Positions 58,095-64,000 of a DNA stretch of 64,000 nucleotides are shown here, piece by piece. Numbering within the stretch: position 1 is the first letter of the stretch; each line of letters begins with the position of its first letter. A program made the position numbers and the translations under genes. Under the pieces are notes generated by a model. That model was given only the letters and a program-made list of their open reading frames with translations, had not been told where the DNA came from and searched no databases. The stretch lies in the NCBI GenBank assembly GCA_000092065.1, contig CP000598.1. One strand, given 5' to 3'. Origin of the DNA: Ostreococcus lucimarinus. Its lineage: Eukaryota.

Positions 58095-58766
58095 TCATTT
58101 AGTGTAACTCGATAGCGGGTTTTCCATGGTGGTGTTCGGGATGGGCGCTACTCCCCCTGCCGTAGTATCGCATATTTCGTAATCGAACAACTGCCCGTAC
58201 GTTCCTCGCACTAAGTGAACAATCGCCACCCGGTCGAAAACTGTCACTTTCTTCCCCCGTCGCACGAGTCGTTTCGCGATTTCGAGCAGCTGGGACTCTT
58301 CGATGATATCCACAGGACAATTCGATTCATATGCGACGTAGGATACCTTACACCTATCGAGATCTAGCCAGGTAACACCGTGCCTCAAATCATCAAGTGT
58401 TTGTTCTCGGGGTTCAAGTCGCTAATATCACTCAAAAAACCGACTGAGCGCGCTTGTGTCGTACGCTTGATCTCCAGAGTCAGTGGGCGTGGCGACGAGG
58501 ATGAAGACCATATCGACGCGATCGATCACTTCACGCAGCTTTAAAGTTGCGCGCAGATGTTTGCTCGATCGAAGCGCTTCCTCGACTCTTGGCTCAGTCA
58601 AACGAAGCGTGATTTCGTTGATGCTGTCCACGTGCGCCGGAAAGACATCCGAACCAACGATATCCCAATCAGCTTGTTCACACTTGAGAGCCGTACATAG
58701 TCCGAGTCGGCCCAGACCGACGAATCTGGCGCGCGTTGTTTGCAAGATCGATCGAGTGGTAGCCAT
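58095..58766 (-). pseudogene. Internally deleted copy of the 54470..55663 dehydrogenase, inverted orientation
   Basis: N-terminal part: MATTRSILQTTRARFVGLGRLGLCTALKCEQADWDIVGSDVFP..ILVATPTDSGDQAYDTSALSR, then a stop. C-terminal part (58095-58388): VAYESNCPVDIIEESQLLEIAKRLV..NPLSSYTK. The central ~240 codons, including the catalytic Cys, are absent. Confidence 0.8.
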
Positions 58767-59010
58767 CTTCGCTCTGCGACGTTGCAACGTCAGAGACGGC
58801 GACTGGCCCAAGATCACTCCACTCTCTTAAAGCATGTCTCTTTCTGGACTTTATTATCCCTGGTACTTTGTTAGGTATATGTCGTAGGAACGCAACCGCG
58901 GACCACAGCCTCGGTGTTGACTCACCACTGCTTTCCTCTGCGTCGAAACTACCGCAACAACGCTCTTGACACGCGCACTAACATTAAGTACACCGGTCGT
59001 GAGCGACGCC

Positions 59011-59600
59011 ATGCGCGAGTCGAATGAGTTCGTGAAAACGTTTTACGATGATCGCCCTTGTAACATTCGGCTCGAAGGAATACTTTGAAGAAGTGACGCG
59101 GCGTAAATATTTCGTCGAGAACCACACTTTGGCATTCGCAAGTCTCGACGCGTACGAAAACAATCTGTTCTCGAGGTTGGTTGCGGTATAGGGACCGCGA
59201 CACAAAGTTTTACTGAAGCTGGCGCGGTTTACACAGGCATCGACGTTTCCTTGCGAAGTGTAGAACTCGCTGAGAAGCGACTCAAACTGTTCAAACTCAA
59301 TGGTGAGGTGCGCGTTGCAGATATACAGACCGATGAATTCATGCACGACCATTTTGATCCTCTTTTTAGTTTCGGAGTTCTGCATCACATCGCCGATGTA
59401 CAACCCGCCGTGAAGGATATTTCATGACTCTCAAACCGGGAGGCGAGTGCAAGCTGATGATGTACGCAAATAATTCTTGGAAAAAAACTTGGAAAAAGAC
59501 TTTCGTCGACTCGGGATTGGACCAATTTGAACCACAATCTGGAGTTCCAATCACTCACACTTACAAAGCCAGTGTCGTGCAATCATCAAGCTCGTTTGTG
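59011..59600 (+). pseudogene. Class I SAM-dependent methyltransferase (type 11-like) with several frameshifts and a truncated 3' end
   Basis: The pieces lie in four frames. In order: MRESNEFVKTFYDDRP; SKEYFEEVTRRKYFVENHTLAFASLDAYENN; SVLEVGCGIGTATQSF..SFGVLHHIADVQPAVKDIS; FMTLKPGGECKLMMYANNSWKK. It runs into the 3' end of the convergent dehydratase gene. Confidence 0.6.
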
Positions 59601-60559
59601 AAATCAAACTCGAGCGATCGTCGTCGACCGTCCGCGCTCGCCGAAGGGTGCGGGCGCAACGCAGGTGAGAATTCGCCCCAGTAGGCGCTCAAGTCGTTAT
59701 TCGAGTACCAACGCACGGTTTCCGCGAGACCGACGTCCCAGGACTTTTCTTGTCGCCATCCGAGCGCTAAAAGCTTTGAGCAATCGATGAAATATCTTCG
59801 GTCGTTGAAGGCTCGATCGCTCACGTGCTCGATGGTCGTTTCCGGGTCGCGATCGAGGAGCTTACAGACATCCCGAGCGACGGACAAGATCGTCCGCTCT
59901 TCGCGCGAGCCGATGTTATAAATCTGCGCCGTCGTCCCGCGGTGGAGAATGACATCGAACGCCGAAGACGCATCGTCAACGTGCATGTACGAACGCGTCG
60001 CGTCGCCGTCGCCGTGTATCGAAATCTTTTCCCCGCGTTTCGCGAGGATTGAAAACTTTGGAATCGCCTTCTCTGGATACTGATTCGGCCCATACACGTT
60101 GTTTCCGCGAGTGATGATGTACGGTAGTCCGTACGAGCGTCCATACGCCATGACGAGCATCTCCGCGCCCGCCTTGGTCGCGGCGTACGGGTTGGTGGGC
60201 GTCAGGAGCGACGCGTGCTCGGTGTTTGAATCCATGAGATTTTCCCCGTATACCTCATCCGTGGACACGTGCAGGAATCGTCGAATTTCGGTCTTCTGCG
60301 CTCGCACGCACGCCTCGAGTAACGCGTGCGTGCCCTCGATGTTATTCTTCGTGAACTCGTACGAGTTCCCGAAAGAGTTGTCCACGTGACTCTGCGCGGC
60401 GAAGTGCATGACGGTGTCGATGCGCTCGCTTTGCAAGACGTAACTCAATAAATCGAACGAACGCACATCGCCCTTGACGAACCGCACGTTCGCGCATTCT
60501 TTCGCGCGCTCGAGATTTTTCAAGCTCGAGCAATAGTCGAGCTTGTCCAGGATGACAAT
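59561..60559 (-). CDS. UDP/dTDP-glucose 4,6-dehydratase (RHM/RfbB-like), exon 2
   Basis: IVILDKLDYCSSLKNL..HFAAQSHVDNSF..VSTDEVYGE..PTNPYAATKAGAEMLV..GDGDATRSYMHVDD. The frame is continuous with the track ORF 59561..60523. Confidence 0.9.
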   Translation of the reverse strand: MVILDKLDYCSSLKNLERAKECANVRFVKGDVRSFDLLSYVLQSERIDTVMHFAAQSHVDNSFGNSYEFTKNNIEGTHALLEACVRAQKTEIRRFLHVSTDEVYGENLMDSNTEHASLLTPTNPYAATKAGAEMLVMAYGRSYGLPYIITRGNNVYGPNQYPEKAIPKFSILAKRGEKISIHGDGDATRSYMHVDDASSAFDVILHRGTTAQIYNIGSREERTILSVARDVCKLLDRDPETTIEHVSDRAFNDRRYFIDCSKLLALGWRQEKSWDVGLAETVRWYSNNDLSAYWGEFSPALRPHPSASADGRRRSLEFDFTNELDDCTTLAL

Positions 60560-60666
60560 CTGTCGAGCGCGACGAGTCGTTCGCGGTCAGTCGTTCGCGC
60601 GAGAGATGGGTGCAAAGTCCGTGCGTTGTTCGACGCACGCGCACGGGGTCGAAATCGTGCGCGCAC
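60560..60666 (-). other. Spliceosomal intron (107 nt, GTGCGC...CAG)
   Basis: Exon 1 ends ..HPEYT at 60667. The donor gt is at 60666-60665 and the acceptor cag at 60562-60560. Splicing gives HPEYT|IVILDKLDYC, the expected contiguous Rossmann-fold sequence. Confidence 0.85.
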
Positions 60667-60750
60667 CGTGTACTCGGGATGCCTCGACGCGAGGCGCTCG
60701 GCGACGTGCGAGCCGATGAAGCCGGCGCCACCGGTGAGAAGGATGCGCAT
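60667..60750 (-). CDS. UDP/dTDP-glucose 4,6-dehydratase, exon 1
   Basis: ATG at 60750; MRILLTGGAGFIGSHVAERLASRHPEYT (GxxGxxG). Confidence 0.85.
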
Positions 60751-61242
60751 GCGGGCGGACGGGCGTCTCGGTCGAGCGCGTCTAGATTTTCGCAGATTAT
60801 CTCGACGACATGCTCGCGAATACCGCGCGCGCCTCGAGGGCGTTCGCGAGTGCTGCGCGCGATGTCCACGCGACGCCGCGCCTTTTGACGCCACTCGCAC
60901 CGGCGCGCAGAAAACGAACGGCGGTTCGGCGGGGCGCGAAAGTGATTACTCCTTCGGGGGTAACCTAGGCGAGCTTCCCGTATTCATGTACAAATTACTC
61001 ACCCATATATCATACCTGGTATTGATCCGACACGCGTCAGAGATAACGGGGAGAATAAAACCACAGAAATTCATGTACACGCGGCACTTCGACAAAGTCT
61101 TTCGATCGTTAAAGCACTGGTGACCCCTCTACCCTCCACGTTCTGTCAGAGGCTAGTTCTGTGAGTCTCTCAGTCTGTATTCTTTTACACCGAAGGTCGC
61201 TCCGAGGACGAAACTATCTTGTGTTTATTTTTGGATCTGGTC

Positions 61243-61825
61243 TACTGCATACACTTTAAGTGCGCCGATAAAGAGCTTTGACTTCGTGACAACGGCTGTC
61301 ATCTACGAACCTGTTTCACGCATCAAAGTCCACCATGCTTTGAATCCTGTGGCTTGTGGCACGTGATGAGCAAGTGCCACCCGAACCTGCGTTCTATGGT
61401 GCGCACGAGAGCGTCCGCACGAGAGCATCCGGCATGGCCGCGAACCACGGCTCTTTTCTGGATGAAGCATCCAGACCAACGGGATCGAACGATCGAGGAC
61501 ATGGAGTCACACAACGTCGCTAACCTTCGATGGAATGTTCGTGTCGTTCAAGCCGCAATTCGTCACGTCAAACAAAGCAGCGCGCTTGAACTGGATTGAA
61601 AATGCTGGTCGATACAAAGAAGCTGTGGGGACGATACTTTGGACATCGTATTCAATATCTTACTTAGCGTACCTCGCCGTGTAGAGTCTCACGCCTAGCG
61701 TACGTACGCGAAGTGAAAATAGATTTGAGTTTTCATTTAGTGTAACTCGATAGCGGGTTTCCCATGGTGGTGTTCGGGATGGGCGCTACTCCCCCTGCCG
61801 TAGCATCGCATATTTCGTAATCGAA
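61243..61825 (+). pseudogene. Deletion derivative of 55866-58187: upstream region joined directly to the last 45 codons of the 56441..57961 gene plus its 3' flank
   Basis: 61243-61458 matches 55866-56066. 61459-61825 matches 57823-58187 (MKHPDQRDRTIEDMESHNVANLRWN.RVVQAAIRH VKQSSALELD). About 1.75 kb is missing at the junction ggctcttttc|tggatgaag. Confidence 0.85.
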
Positions 61826-61847
61826 AAGTTAACGTGCCCATCGAGTA

Positions 61848-61929
61848 CTAATCAATGATAGCTACTTGTAATCATCATCACTTATTGACGCAGGCCCGAT
61901 TGATCGCATAGTATTAGGTATAGCTCGCA
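61848..61929 (-). mobile_element. Fragment of the 45734-45976 element, inverted orientation
   Basis: ctaatcaatgatagct.cttgtaatcatcatcacttat.gacgca..ggcccgattgatc.ca is the reverse complement of 45781-45864, with a few changes. Confidence 0.7.
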
Positions 61930-62006
61930 TTTCGAAAATAATGTATGAGGGTAAAATAATGAATTTAATTAACGTCGACGTTTGTCGCGCCGTCGCGCGC
62001 CACTTC

Positions 62007-62240
62007 GCGCCGCGCGCGCGTCCGGGCGGCGCGGAGTCAACCGATGTTTCCGCGTATCGTGATATCCGACCGTTTAAGTTTGAATTCTGTGCGTGGGTGT
62101 TGACGGAACACGACCGTTGGAGCTCGATGGGCACGTTAACTTTTGGGCCAGATTCTGTCGCGTATGACGCACCCTCGCGCGCGCCGAAGCGCGTCTCCGA
62201 CCGTGTCGACGGCACGGAAAGGTTGTAAGAAGGCTTCTCA
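62007..62240. repeat. Repeat Y, copy 2
   Basis: See 19507-19740. Confidence 0.75.
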
Positions 62241-62812
62241 GCGATCTTCAGCCTCGCTGGGAGGAGCAGAGGCAACGACGGCTCCCGCTTGCGACGACGA
62301 AGACTGGCGCGCTCAAGTGGCCAAAGATGCTCGTGAGGTTGCCGTTTCTTTGCTCGCGAACAAACGTCGCCGGGAGGTTTCTGTTTCTGATACTATACTA
62401 TACTTAGGGCTAGCTCATTCAGGCGATGTGAAACGTCCGTGACGACGCGCTCATACGTAAATTCTTGCATGAATGCGCGAGCATTTGCTGTGATTTCACG
62501 CAACCTCGTTAGCGATTCGCCATCGGTGTTCGCCACAATCTTCGTTTTCTCAGCCAAATCGTGCAAATCTTCGGATATTCCGATGAAGTGTATCACATCT
62601 ACTAGCTTGTCGCTGTAAGTGATCGATTTCTAAAAAAGTTGCACGAGGTAAAAACACCCCGGCGGAGTCCTCACCCTTTACCCATACTCTTGAGTCATGA
62701 ACGGCCAAAACCGAGCTAAATTTAGCGAAGCCCGGGCGAACCACGATTCATTCCTCCGTGAAGGACGTCCGCGTGCCCGAAGATTCCGACGCCAGCATAC
62801 ATCGCGGAGTTG

Positions 62813-64000
62813 ATGGGACGGTTAAAAAGTATCCTCGTCCTCGATCGCCGAAGAGCGAGAACTCTGATCTCGTTAGTCTCGTTAGTCTCGCTAGTCTCGT
62901 TGTGTTTCGCCGCCCTGCTATCGGTGAACAAACATGCCGGTTGGCCGCGAAAAGGCGATCCTCCCACGCCCTCGTTGGACTCGATGAAAGATATCGAGTC
63001 AGAACGTTTCGACAGAACGGCCTATTCTGCTGAAATCAAAATCGCGATTGTCTTCGGTACGCGACCAGAGGCTGTGAAAATGGCTCCGGTGATTCAAGCG
63101 GTGGCCAGATCGTCGACTCTGAGTGCGATACTGATCTCCACGGGTCAACACAAACAGATGCTTGAGCAAGTTCTGCGCCAGTTCAGCTTGCAAGATAAAA
63201 TTCAACACGAGCTAGCGCTGATGAAGCCAAATCAACAGCTCGCAGAGCTCACATCGAGCGCGGTGCGCGCGGTAGACGGCGTGCTACGTTCGTCAAAACC
63301 AGACGCGGTGCTCGTGCAGGGCGATACAACGACAGCGTTTATCACGTCTTTGGCGGCGTTTTACTTGAAAATACCAGTTGGACACATCGAAGCGGGTCTT
63401 CGTACGCGTGATATCTACTCACCCTTTCCCGAAGAAGTCAATAGACAGTGTATCTCAGTTATGGCGACGTATCACTTCGCACCCACCGAACACGCGGCAA
63501 AAAATCTGTACGACGAGGGTAGACGCACGAATGTGTTTACAACCGGTAACACTGTTGTCGATGCCCTATATGCAATTTTAAAGACTGAACCGAGTGATCG
63601 AGTGATTGAGCTATCCAAAGTCGTGAAGACTGTATCCACTCTGCGCGACGTGAGGCTGTTACTTCTCACCGCTCATCGACGTGAAAACCTTGGCGAACCC
63701 ATACTCAACATCTTCACAAGCATAGAGAAGCTTCTGCAAGAATACCCTGACGTCGTCGTGATTTATCCCATTCACTTGAACCCTATGGTGAAGCACTTAG
63801 CAGAACAGCACTTCGGCGTTGATACATTCCACAGCCTTGTACAGTCGGACCACGCGCCGCCAACGACTACGCACTTACGGCGATTGCTGATAGTACCACC
63901 TCTAGACCATGCAGATTTATTATTCATGATGAAAGAGAGTTTTTTCGTCATGACAGATTCGGGAGGTATCCAAGAGGAAGCGGTCACTCTAGGAAAACCG
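62813..64000 (+). CDS. UDP-N-acetylglucosamine 2-epimerase (WecB/MnaA family), partial; runs off the window end
   Basis: The frame is open from 62762 to the window end (not in the track because there is no stop). ATG at 62813 gives the anchor ISLVSLVSLVSLLCFAALLSV; an alternative ATG is at 62984. KIAIVFGTRPEAVKMAPV, VQGDTTTAF, GHIEAGLRT, FPEE, LLTAHRREN, TDSGGIQEEA. Confidence 0.85.
   Translation, partial: MGRLKSILVLDRRRARTLISLVSLVSLVSLCFAALLSVNKHAGWPRKGDPPTPSLDSMKDIESERFDRTAYSAEIKIAIVFGTRPEAVKMAPVIQAVARSSTLSAILISTGQHKQMLEQVLRQFSLQDKIQHELALMKPNQQLAELTSSAVRAVDGVLRSSKPDAVLVQGDTTTAFITSLAAFYLKIPVGHIEAGLRTRDIYSPFPEEVNRQCISVMATYHFAPTEHAAKNLYDEGRRTNVFTTGNTVVDALYAILKTEPSDRVIELSKVVKTVSTLRDVRLLLLTAHRRENLGEPILNIFTSIEKLLQEYPDVVVIYPIHLNPMVKHLAEQHFGVDTFHSLVQSDHAPPTTTHLRRLLIVPPLDHADLLFMMKESFFVMTDSGGIQEEAVTLGKP

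Noticed and set aside
37383-64000. Prokaryotic polysaccharide or defence operon interpretation
   Set aside because: The genes alternate strands and have individual promoter-sized gaps. Their products carry eukaryotic type-II membrane anchors. One gene has a GT-AG intron, and the flanks contain eukaryotic features (MYB, PWWP/Tudor DNMT, telomere repeats).

Overview
Interpretation: this is eukaryotic nuclear DNA, not prokaryotic. By inference it best fits a GC-rich green picoalga (Mamiellophyceae-like) and one of its repeat-rich, lower-GC 'outlier' chromosome regions.

Direct support:
- One clean GT-AG intron (60560-60666) splits a nucleotide-sugar 4,6-dehydratase gene.
- Short TTTAGGG/CCCTAAA telomere-type repeats are scattered interstitially.
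- Genes are monocistronic, and many encode N-terminal membrane anchors typical of Golgi enzymes.
- A SHAQK(Y/H)F-class MYB is present.

Three zones (GC judged by eye, not computed):
1. 1-26.35 kb is a mosaic of reshuffled modules.
   - A 2510-codon DUF285/BspA-repeat multi-pass membrane protein contains a perfect 933-bp-period internal duplication.
   - A 4.2-kb three-gene block (GIY-YIG nuclease, 172/191-aa ORF, 841/843-aa anchored protein) is present twice, 11.94 kb apart, with a 95 to 100 percent identity gradient.
   - Four + strand genes share a conserved 5' module built around a telo-box (AGGGTTTAG).
   - Also present: near-perfect palindromes, degenerate telomere-like blocks and small insertion elements.
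2. 26.35-37.27 kb is a very GC-rich island. It carries a BCCT transporter, a MYB, a DUF218 protein and a C5 DNA methyltransferase with PWWP/Tudor-like tails.
3. 37.3-64 kb is a lower-GC glycan-biosynthesis island.
   - It holds 2 FkbM methyltransferases, a GT17-like and a fucosyltransferase-like enzyme, a nucleotide-sugar transporter, a transporter-STELLO/DUF288 fusion ORF, an SDR epimerase/dehydratase, a nucleotide-sugar dehydrogenase, a 4,6-dehydratase and a UDP-GlcNAc 2-epimerase.
   - These are interleaved with pseudogenes, deletion derivatives and a MITE-like element.

I recognised no rRNA, complete tRNA or CRISPR array.

Limits:
- The supplied ORF track uses non-ATG starts, so I re-anchored starts to ATGs where I could verify them.
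- All family assignments come from motif recognition by eye. No searches were run.
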